Of a stretch of 64,000 nt of DNA, positions 24,890-35,668 are shown piece by piece. The translations under genes and the position numbers were made by a program. Origin of the DNA: Hydrolagus colliei (taxonomy: Eukaryota); contig CM068761.1 of NCBI GenBank assembly GCA_035084275.1, forward strand, positions 9,238,001 to 9,302,000. Direction: 5' to 3'. The notes beneath the pieces are model-generated. The model was not told the DNA's origin. It made no database searches and saw nothing but the letters and a program-made list of their open reading frames with translations. Numbering within the stretch: position 1 is the stretch's first letter; the number at the start of each line of letters is the position of its first letter.

Positions 24890-27800
24890 TTGGATCCTCT
24901 TGATGATGGGGAGTCAATAGAGTCAGGCGAGAATGGGATAGATGGGGACACAGAGTTTCGAATGGTAGAGAACATGGGCCGCAGAGTTCTGGATTATCTG
25001 CAGCCTGCGGAGGGAGGAGTTGTTAAGGCCAATCAGCAGGGCATTTCTATAATCTATCTGGGGTGTAGTGAAGCCATGAATGAGGGTTTCAGTGTCTTTG
25101 GGGGTGAGGTAGTGGCAGAGTTGGGCAATGTTGCAGAGATGGGGAAAGGCAGAGCGAATCATTGATTGGATGTGGAGGAGGAAAAACAGTTGAGTGTTGA
25201 ACAAGACACCTAGGATCCTGACTGGCTTTGTGAGTATGAGAGTGCCACCATGGAGGTTGATGCTGCCAGCACCTGGAGCAAGAAGTCATTGGCATGAGCC
25301 AGTCAGTAGCGCCTCTGTCTTGTTGACATTCAACGCTAGAAATTTAGCTCTCTTCCAGGACTTGATGTCTGACCTCACCTCACCTTGGTAGTCCAAGAGT
25401 CCAAGGCAGAGGCAGAGTGACAGAGTTGGGTGTCATCTGCATACATGTGGAAGTTAAACCAATGTCTGCAGATGATGTCACGTTGTAGATGTTGTAGCTG
25501 TTGATTTTGAAAAGTAAGGGACAAAGACAGAGCCCTGGTGGATGCCATGGAGTGACAGGCACGGTCAAAGATAAAGGTCTTCAGCTGAGACCTGAAACTG
25601 AGCAAAGAGGGGGGAGGTGAAGGTAGTGAAGAAGGGAATTCCAGATCCTTGGGGCATAGTGGCTAAATGCATGGTCGCGAAGGTGGAGCGAAGGATTCAG
25701 GGGACTTGTGGGAGGCCAGACGCACTGGAGCAAAGTTAACAGGTGCTGGTTTGAGTTGAGGTGAGGTCAGAGATGTAGGGGTGTGCAGAGGAGTGGAAGG
25801 ATTTTAAGACAAGGGTGAGGATCTTGAAGTTGATCCTCTCGGGATATGGAGCCAGTGAAGTCTGGCAACGACTGGGGTAATGGGGGAGCGAAGTTTGGTG
25901 CAGGTGAGAATGCAGGCAGCAGAGTGTTGAATGAGCTGCACTCTGGATTGTGGAGGAAGGGAGACCAGCGAGGAGGGCATTGGAATAGTCCTGTCGAGAG
26001 GTGTCAAAGGCGTGGACCAGGATTTCGTTGGCTTTTAGGGTGAGGTATTGCCGGAGACGGGTGATGCATTGGAGGTGGAAGAAGGCAGAGCTGGTGATGG
26101 AGTGGATGTGAGGGAGGAAGTACAGTTGGGGGTCGAACCTGACGCCTAGTTATGCACAGGTTCACAGAGTTTTACGGGCAGACTGGGAAGGTGAGGAGGT
26201 GAGAGCAGTGCGAATGGAGACGTTGACAAGAGCCAAAGTGTATGAGTGGGAGTCGAATCAGGCAAGGACAGATCTGTGGAGATTGACCAGCCAGGAGATG
26301 CGGTGTAGGAGGACATTGTTAAAGGCAGCAAAGAGGTCAAGGAGTACAGGAGGGAAATGAGCGAAGCTGGGAAGCAATGACCCATTGGAGAGGAATGGGA
26401 GGTTGGCGATGGGGCAATAGCTAGAGATTAGTAATGCATCAAGAGTACGTTTTATCAGATGGTGATGATGAGAGCAGTTTTTAGAGGAATGGGGATGCTG
26501 CTGGTGGATGCAGAGAGGGGAATTTGATGATGTCAGTTAAGAGGGGGGAAATGAGATGGAGCTGGGAGATGAGAAGAGGGGTGGGGATGGGGTCAAGGGA
26601 GCAGGTGGTTGGTTCGATTTTGCAGAGGAGAGCAGAGAAGGTTGGGGAAGAGATTTACTAGGATGGTGCCAGGATTGAGGGACTTCAGCTATGAGGAGAG
26701 GCTAGATAGGCTAGGGTTATTCTCTCTGGAGCAGAGAAGATTGAGGGGAGACCTAATAGAGGTTTATAAGATCATGAGGGGTTTCGACAGGGCAAATAGA
26801 GAAAAACTATTTCCACTCGTGGGTGAATCTGTGACTCGTGGTCACAGATTTAAAATAGTTTCAAGGCGAAGTAGAGGGGAGCTGAGGAGAAATGTTTTCA
26901 CTCAGCGAGTTGTTCGAATCTGGAATGCATTGCCTGAAAAGGTGGTGGAGGCTGATTCGATAACAACTTTTAAAAGGGAATTAGATCTTTATTTAGGGAG
27001 AACGAGTCTATTAGGCTATGGGGAGCGGGCAGGGCAGTGGGATTGAATCGCTCTTTTCAAAGAGCCGGCACAGACTAGATGGGCCGAAAGGCCTCCTTTT
27101 GTGCCATAAAATTCTATGATTCTATGATTCTAACAGCTATCTAGTGGGGGTGGGAGGGAGATGGATCCTGTGGATCCTGTGGATCCAACGAATCCCTTTT
27201 CATTCTCACCGACAAATGAACAGTCAACTCACTTTAAAGAATATTTTGTGAAGCACTGTTAAAAGTCTAGAAGACTTGAAAAGAGCTACCACATTAAAAA
27301 AACAAATTAATATTAAAATTTATTGTTAATAAAATTTCATTATTATCAATTCCTTGCTCCACTGAAATCGAGGACTACTCCAAATCTAGCTACTCCCAAG
27401 CATCTCTTATATCCCAAATACAGACCTTCAAGTGTCTCATGGTTCTCTGCCACACGGTGTTCAAGCATTCTCCAACTCACTTCCCCTCAGACCCATTTCT
27501 CATTGTCTCCCCTGTAGTTTTTGCCAATTATTATAACTCTTTTTTCAGGCTACTGACCTATGGTTTCCGCCCCCCACCCCCACCCACTCCTGATAAGGAG
27601 TGATTGGTGGTGTCACAGAGTAGAGGGGCGAAGAGGTAGTGTTTGGAGATAACAATGCTGAGGAGATGGATTCAAGTGAGTGGGTTGTGTGTTTTATGGT
27701 CGATAAGGTGGTGTTTGCAGAAAAGGGGGAAATGTAGAAGAGGGAAATGGTAGGGGACGAGTGTGTGCAGAAGGTGGGGAAGGATCTACGTTTGGGGTGA

Positions 27801-29400
27801 GGGGACAGGGTTGGGGTTGGGTCAGTGGCTGCTCAATGGATTTGGAAGAGGCAAGAGTGGAGCAGTATGTTCTCATCTCATCCGGCCACATATGCAGGTG
27901 GACCATTATGTGACATTTGAGCCTGTTTCATTCGATGGCCTGAACCTTACCCCAGAGGAGTAGACGCGGCTGGTGTAACAGACTGAGGATTGTGATTTGG
28001 ATGTGGTTCGTGAGGTGAGGAGGGCAAGGGCATTGAGAGTAGTTAAGGGAGTGTTATGGAGGAAAAGGATTGAGCAGGATCAGTCAGTGTGTGACCACAT
28101 TTGCCTAGTTTTAGTCCAAATTAACCAACCGCCACATCTCCATAAATCATTTTACTTTCTGCCCAGGCAGTCACCTGTGTTTTACCCCAAGGTTTAAACC
28201 AGGGTCACTTTTTCCTTAGAGTATTTACACGCTATCTCTCCCTAATATAATTTGCAAGAATGCTGGATTTATCCCAATGCACGCCAATCAAATCCAAATA
28301 TATCTATTCTCCTCTTCAACCTTCTCCTTGTAACTCTGAGACAACTCCTGTTTTATTCAGTTGTTTGTCAGACATCAACTCCTGGTTCAATACCAATTTC
28401 CAACAGTTACATTTCAACGAGACGGAAACCATACACTTTGGCTACTATCAGTATTTGTTCGACTGTCGATCTGACCTGTTCGGCCACCCACAGCACACAC
28501 CACCTTCCCATCTACCACAACCACTCCCCACATATTTCAACCATATACCATATCTTTAGTGAACTCAGGTGTCAGGTTCAGTTTGCTTCATACGAGGAAT
28601 CTACTCCAAAGCCAGTATGACTTTCTGCCAACTCTGTCATATTGCCCAGCTACACAACACATTGAATGCAGTTGGAATCTTGCCCCATGTCTCTGTCACC
28701 TCCACTCTCGACTACTCATTAGCCTCCCATTCTCCACTGTCCAGAAAATCCAAAGTTTGGTCTGTTGTAGGCGGAGGGGTGGGGGGGTGGGAGGAGGGCA
28801 AGGTAAGAATCAGAGGTCGTCCAGAAGAAAATGGAGCTAAATGTGGAAGTGTTGATGAATCGAAATCAGCCTACTGTTGCAGAACTTTGAAGGTGTTTTC
28901 AGTAGGCAGTGTTGGAAGCAGTTTTGAAGTAAAGGTGGTAGTCAAAAAAGTGGAAGAGGTTAGGTCCATTGGAGAAGAACTTGAATCATTAGCAATTGGG
29001 TGAGGAGAAAGGTCAACAGAAACATTAATGGGATTATGGTCAGTTACAATGATGGAAACAGAGAAGGAAAGATGCGATAAATGTTTTTGTAATACAAACA
29101 TTAGGGGAGGCACAGAAGAGAGATGGAGGGAAGGCAAGAAGTGGAAGATGCTGCACAGCGGATTTTGCTCATGACAAAGACATAACAATATTAAGTGCTG
29201 AGAAATGTGATTGGGTGTGAAGGGCACTATAATCAATGCAATCTGTTGGGACGTCCTGAAGACACGATGGCACTGTACTAATGTAATTCTGTTGTTAGTT
29301 GCCCCTGTCCCTGGCTCGGTCCCGGGATCCATTGTTGTGAAGTGCTCTCAAACGCTGTCAGGTGAGGAGTGCGCTATATAAATCAAAGATGTTGTTGTTG
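24890..29400 (-). mobile_element. Patchwork of old L2 fragments, paralogous to 8857-12950
   Basis: ORFs 24923..25204 and 25375..25605 ([10 protein letters not shown]) and others; same order as in copy 1. Confidence 0.8.
26650..27132 (+). mobile_element. CR1 LINE 3' fragment inserted after the duplication
   Basis: ORF 26609..27046 with an (ATTCTATG)n tail; the flanks join directly in copy 1 (about 10750-10770). Confidence 0.93.
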
Positions 29401-29933
29401 TCACCTTTCTTATTTGTCATGAGTGGATACGAATGCAGTGACAGTGGAGATCAGAGGAAAGTGTTCCTTTCTCTCCTTAACCCAACATATTGCACAATTT
29501 ATCTCTTACCTGCTCACAGCCCGAAATCAGATTGTCTAAATCACATTATGTTGTGGCTGCATTATTATTTTCGACTTTCTTTTTTCAGTGGATTTAAGGG
29601 CAGATGGCCCCCAAACATTCTTCGGATTCTGTTGTCACTTACATGTCCTTAGGTATCCTCAGGAAGCGTCGTTCGATAACGAATCAATTGAATGAACTGA
29701 CTCGTGTTATCTGGTCAATTTAGCAAAGAGAAATCGTATTTTATTCTGATTTAGTTTTCTGGTAACATTCCTGAGTATTGTCATGGGATGCAGTTCATAG
29801 ATTGTAATGGATGTCAAGACCACCAAAGGCCTTTCCTGGTGGGACAATTATAAACAGCATCTCATTGGAGGCGTTTGCCCAGCGACGCTCCTGTCACTGT
29901 TACCAGTGGACCATGAGCCCAGAAATTAATCCA

Positions 29934-30240
29934 GCCCAATGAGGCGAGAACCCGCCCAATGAGGCGAGAACCCGCCCAATGAGGCGAGAACCCGCCCAAT
30001 GAGGCGAGAACCCGCCCAATCTGCAAACATTGGCAGCGAGTCTCAGGGCGACTGAATTTATTGGTGGATCCCCTCCCCCCAGCGGTGCGTATTGACTGCG
30101 TATTGGCATCCACCCCCAGCACGTTAGGTTGGCAGTAAGGTGTACATCACCCCGAGAACACGCCCCCCTCCCCGGCCAGCCAGTCACCCTTTCCTGCCTC
30201 GGGGCCCCGCGCTATTGTATTTCATGTTCCTGAGGCCTCC
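29934..30240. promoter_or_regulatory. CCAAT/GC-box tandem element, copy 2 (4.3 x 20 bp)
   Basis: GCCCAATGAGGCGAGAACCC four perfect times plus GCCCAAT at 29934-30020. Confidence 0.45.
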
Positions 30241-31012
30241 ACTGCACCAATTTATAATAATCCTGACAACCCTGGAGAGTTATAAGGAATTAAGATACAA
30301 ACAGTCGGTTTGGGGGGTTAGCGCTGACACGTGTTGAGTGGAAAGCAATTAAAAGCATCAGCATCATGGCTGAAAATACCAGCAGCCGCGGCTCGGTAAC
30401 ATGAATGGTTTTGCTGAGAGTGGATCGGAGAACATGTCAATATGAGGGATTGGATAAGGGAACTGTATAATGGGCTGCAGTGAAATATTGTTCTCACTCG
30501 TTTATTTCCTGACTGTCAGTGACAGCGGGAGGGGGGGGGGGGGGGGGGAGGGGGGGATACGTTATGGATTTGAGCCAAAGAACATTGAGATGACGCTCCA
30601 ACAAGAGCTTTCCGTCCAATATTAATAGTAAATGGCAACTGATAATCTGCGGCAAATTGGGTGAATGTTGGAATTTAACCCGCCAATAACCACACAGTTT
30701 TCTATTGGAATTACCAGCCACCTTCCCGCTGCTTGTTCAGCTCGCACCAAGTGTGTAGTCATGGCGTTGGCTTGCGGAACAGTCATCATTTGTCAGTAAA
30801 TAAAATGATCAATAAAGCAGTGTCATTGATGGCAATGAATCTGTGACTTTATTAAGCGGAGCTACTTAATAATTTAACAATGTGATTGTTAAGAGCCAGG
30901 AAACTAGCAAGACGCAGAAATGGCAATCAGCTATTGCTAGATAATTGTACATTAATTAATAATCCGCGAATCGCTGCGATCATTTAAAATAAAGAATGAA
31001 ACACAAGCTTTT

Positions 31013-31018
31013 TTTATT
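31013..31018 (-). terminator. Poly(A) signal of IgL cluster 2
   Basis: TTTATT on +, at the same distance from the stop codon as in cluster 1. Confidence 0.75.
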
Positions 31019-31184
31019 GCAAACTCAAACTACTCCACATTTTGATCTGAATTACAACAGCATCGAAATACAGACGGCGCGATACTGTGACACAGTTTGG
31101 CTCGTTATCAAAATGTGGGAATGTCGAATTGAACATTTCTCAACAAGCCTCCGTGGGCAGTACAGTTCAGTACAGTTCCCGGAA

Positions 31185-31507
31185 TCATACACAGGTGGAT
31201 CTGGCGATGGTTGTTTTAAGAGGATCTGCCCGAGTCTCGTGTTTGACCAGACAGGAATACAGCTCGTGTGACTCCCACTCGGAGGCTGGCAGAGTCAGAT
31301 AACTGCTCACACTGTACGTGTTGTCCACCTCCTGCTTGATCGCACTCGTTTCAACACCTTCACTTCTGGCACTGCCATCCACAGTCCACTTGACCTCCAC
31401 AGCTCCCGGGTTAAAATCATTCACCAGACACACCAGGGTCGCCTTGCTCTTTGCTGTGATTTGATCTGGTGACGGCGGAAGGACAGTCACCGAAGGGGCC
31501 CGTGGGT
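31185..31507 (-). CDS. IGL: Ig light-chain (lambda-type) constant exon, cluster 2
   Basis: Acceptor ttccag|AC; 323 nt; differs from the cluster 1 C at only 4 residues (M/R, E/K, I/N, T/K). Confidence 0.97.
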
Positions 31508-32550
31508 CTGGAAATAAAGATTCAGTTTTAAAAACATCTGCTGAGAACTTTATCATTTCTCTCTGATGGTTTAGCAATATAAAGTGCTCTCCTCTTCACT
31601 CCCAATTGATGCGAATCTGAAATTAATCTCGCCATGTTAACCTCCAATATATAATCCTATATACCGGGCACTGACGTTTCCGTGTTGTTCCAATTGAAAT
31701 GTGAATACAAATCTGTGCGGCTGATGTTCTGATAGATGTGGTTCTATTACAGCTGAATCATTAAGCTGTTTAGCACAAGCACGTTTATTTTATTCAAACA
31801 ATTTTTACGTCGAGATGACAATATATCGCTTAAATAGGCCAAAAAATACGGTTACGAAAGATTGTAGATTCCCTATCCAAATAAAATATTTCATGATCGA
31901 GAGGCGTGGGTTTGAACAAATATCCTGCAATAATATAATTTAATGACACCTGTTAACTGATCCGAAGGATACTACATAAATCAGAGGAAGTTGGGAAAAT
32001 GTTAATTTCAAACGCGTCGTTTTATGCCGAGCGATTTCAGCTCAGATTTGAACTCTCGGGGCAACTGTGATTGTTTTTGTGGATCTGGTTCTACAATCAT
32101 TCTGAACATTCAGTTCAAACCGATTGAGAATGAGTTAGAGTGATTAGGACTGGCTGCGATAGAATCTCCTTTCAGAATGTTGGGTCGCATCAAGATTCCT
32201 GAATAATAATAACAAAATTAGTTACAATACAACAGCATCTACATTTATGTCACTCCTTTTCGCGTCAGGAAAATTTCGCAAATTATGTGAAGAAGCGAAG
32301 TTGAACAAAAAATACATACGTGTGCCCCACACTGCCCGCCTCGCCTCACCACACACACTCACTCACATAGATCATTTTGATTCAAGTGGTACAATAGTAT
32401 TCTCAGCACAGCTCATTAAAATATACACTCATGATATGACAACCGTTATGAATAAGGTCAGAATAGAATAAGAATAGAGCTCAACATAAAACACAGCAAC
32501 AGCTAAACTATTGCTCAATTTAATCTGTAACAAATCACAATTATACTTAC

Positions 32551-32895
32551 TGGCAATCCCCACTCTGGTCCCTTTACCGAAGAATAAGCCCGATTCCCAC
32601 ACAGCACAGTAATAATCAGCGGCGTCATCCCCCTGAACACTGGAGATGATTAAATCGCCAGACCTGGAATCCCTGGAGCCCGAGAATCGATCGGAAACTC
32701 CCGACATCCTGGTGAAGCTGTTCACTCCATTAGTGTACAGGAGATACTGAGGAGCATTCCCCGGCCTTTGCTGGTACCAATACACAGCATAGCTGCTAAT
32801 ACTGCCCCCAGTCATGGTACAACCCAGGGTCAACTTCTCTCCCAGGGAGGTAGAGACCGACGGCGGCTGATGTAAGGCTGGCAGCGAGTTTACAC
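32551..32895 (-). CDS. IGL: Germline-joined VJ exon, cluster 2 (divergent V family)
   Basis: Acceptor ttacag; VNSLPALHQPPSVSTSLGEKLTLGCTMTGGSISSYAVYWYQQRPGNAPQYLLYTNGVNSFTRMSGVSDRFSGS...DAADYYC-AVWESGLF-FGKGTRVGIA; donor gtaagt (32545-32550); no RSS. Confidence 0.96.
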
Positions 32896-33030
32896 CTGTA
32901 AAACAGTAAGTCAGGAGAACACATAACAATACATGATGATTCTCAAATAACAGGCAAATCAAAGCTCTCAGCCCATGTACCCAACACAAGAACAAGGAAC
33001 TGGAGCAATAATAATCCCTGAAGGACTCAC

Positions 33031-33079
33031 AGTGGAGGCAAGTCATCAATGTGGCGAGAAATGGAACCCAAGGCGCCAT
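33031..33079 (-). CDS. IGL: Leader exon, IgL cluster 2
   Basis: MAPWVPFLATLMTCLH+T then gtgagt donor; 49 nt, phase matches the VJ exon. Confidence 0.92.
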
Positions 33080-33204
33080 GGTGAGGGTTACGGGATCGGT
33101 CACAAATTCCAACCGTTTCCTGACAACAACTGACTCTGGGTATCAGCCCGTGGCTCAGTTTATGAACTGACCCAATTCTGAACGTCACACGGCGCTGATC
33201 AGTT

Positions 33205-33212
33205 ATGCAAAT
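33205..33212 (-). promoter_or_regulatory. Ig octamer in the V2 promoter
   Basis: ATGCAAAT on + (ATTTGCAT on the coding strand) about 126 nt upstream of the ATG. Confidence 0.88.
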
Positions 33213-34029
33213 CCCCCGGGGCCGCCTGGCCCGGCCCGTTCACCTCCACCCGAGAGCCGGGTGACCAGCGGCTCATTGACAACACTTCACACTCACAGGA
33301 ATAAAGCACAGGATCAGTGGATTCTCAACTCGAATCTGAGACGTTTATACTTTTGTTGTTCGGTTAGCGGATCATTTACCAGCGACACATCAATTCAAAC
33401 AATATGGAGGAAATGGTCATCCGGAAATATCACCAAATATTCACATTCAAAAACTGTGGCATTTGGATGAATAAATGACATATTTATATAACGTGGTAGA
33501 TTTGTTGAGTTGCAGCTGGAAAGGGTGAAGAATTATAAACTAAATCATGTTTTATAGATAAGTACAAATATTCAAATATCCCAGTTTGGACGTGGATTTC
33601 ATTGTAGGTATTTGCTTGTAATAAGAATAATATTTCTTGCATTTGCTGTAGAGAATTTCTTGTCTTCTAAACGCCTCAGGATCTTCACAGGATGTACTGT
33701 TATTGGAGGGCAAGATGGGTTAGTCAAATGCCCTCAGCAATGTCCCACAACCAGGCATGGATTGAAGTGACCAATTTATCATTGATTTTATTATGGTTTA
33801 AATGGACGTTAAGTTCAAGTTTCTGTTAATGGTTTCCATGGAGGTAAAGCACGAGTTAACACACATCTGCCGTTTATTGCTAACCATAATCTCAACGAGT
33901 CACTTCTGCGTTTGCAGTGACTTGTTCTTGCTGATTTAACATAACAGTTTACAACAGTCTGAAAGAGAGAGGTCAGCGCCAAGCCTCTGACCTGCTAGAC
34001 AGAATTAACGTTTGAGATTGTATCAGCAT

Positions 34030-34373
34030 GGATTCTGTAGCTCAATGGTTACAGCTCCTGCAAACAATAGATGTGGGTTTGATTATCGACAAAGAGAAAC
34101 CTTGAGCAAGTTTCCTTTCTCCGCACTGTCTGACAATAACCCCTGGAAAAAAAACAATAATAAAGATGGACATTTCAATCCACGACAGTTTGTGGGACAC
34201 TGCTGTGCGCAGTTTGCTGCTTGCCTCGCCAACAAAAATACAGTTAATTCACCATCGCCTACATCGCCATATACAGTCAATTCATTTTACCGTATGTTCT
34301 GTGAAGCGCTTTGAGACATCGAGAAGACGTGAAAAGCTCTATATCAAATGCAAGGATGATTGTTATTATTATT
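34030..34373 (+). mobile_element. tRNA-derived SINE (diverged)
   Basis: Head ctgtagctcaatggtt, body cttgagcaagtttcc...tttgtgggacac, (ATT)n tail. Confidence 0.8.
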
Positions 34374-35176
34374 GATATTTTTGTTGCCTAAAGTCGTATC
34401 GAGATGTGAAAACCTGTCCAGAGATTTGCAAAAGCATTAAATCCTGAAGCCCTGCAAGTCCAGATAATACCTAATTTCAGGTCCTGACATTAGAGTGAGG
34501 AATTATAAACTATATGATACTTTACAGATATGTAGAAATATTCACATGTCTCTTTTTGGATTTGGATTGATACCGGTAATAAAATGCACACTAAAATCAG
34601 GTCTCGAGTTCTATTTTCGAGGGCAGAAAACATGAGTTAACGCACATTTGCGGCTTATTCCAAGTTATGACCTCAACGAGTCAGTTCTGTGTTTGCTTTG
34701 ACTTGTTCTTCCTCATTTAAGACATAGATATACAGCAGATCTGAAAATGCTGGAGCACCTCACGGTTCCGACTTGCTAAACAGAACTATCATTTGAGATT
34801 GTTTCCCTCAGCTTCGCGACCCTAGGATAGAATGGATTGTGTCCAACTCCTTCAAAGTTATGTGTGTTAAATTGTGGAACGAATGTAAAGGAAGGAAAGT
34901 GTTTTTTTAATCTAATAAAAAAATTGTACCTAGTTCCTCTTCTATTTTATGACTTCAGAAGAACTGATCTTTTCAAGAGGTTTCAAATCACTGCCCGGGC
35001 ACCTGAACACTGTTTTTCTCTCCTCCACATCAATCAAAACTGCATGGACTCAAGTTTTTTCGGGAAACATCATCAAACAATCAACCTACCTAAGATAGTC
35101 CTGCCAAGTTGCTACAAATATGTATTCAAATATACCGGGCATTAACTTTTCTGGCTGTTGTGATGGATATACAGTA

Positions 35177-35477
35177 TAATAATAACATTAATACTTGCGT
35201 TTGATATAGCGCTTTTCACATGTTTTAGACATCTCAAAAAGTACTTTACATAATAAACTGTGAAATGATTATATTTGTGGGAGAAATATGGCAGCCAATT
35301 GCGCACAGTAGTGTCCCACAACAATCATAAATTGAATTGATCAATTCATTATTTATTTTTAGGGATTATTATCAGACATGTTGAGTAGGGAAACTTGCCC
35401 AGGATTTTGTCCTGCCTGGAATCGAACCCAGGCTTCTCGCTCGTAAAGCGAGTGCTCTAACCATGAGCTACAGGACT
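35177..35477 (-). mobile_element. tRNA-derived SINE
   Basis: The reverse complement has A box (gtagctcatggttag), B box (gttcgattcc) and an (ATT)n tail. Confidence 0.85.
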
Positions 35478-35668
35478 ACAGTTCTATTGCTGGTAAGTTT
35501 TTAATATTAAATGTCTAACTCAATTTAAAGTGGTCTCTATGTGGCGGGAGAGGCACAACAACAACAACAATAACTTTGATTTATATAGTGACCTGCACGC
35601 CAGACGGCGTCTCAGAGCACTTCACAATAACGGATCCCGGGACTGGCACGAACTACAGCTGTTGTTGT

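Larger units (their letters stand above)
22610..31520. repeat. Segmental duplication, copy 2 (3' flank plus C exon of Ig cluster 2)
   Basis: Colinear with 5480-15345; similarity stops a few bases into the J-C intron. Confidence 0.95.

Noticed and set aside
29934-30020. CRISPR-like array
   Set aside because: Contiguous tandem units with no unique spacers, in vertebrate DNA.
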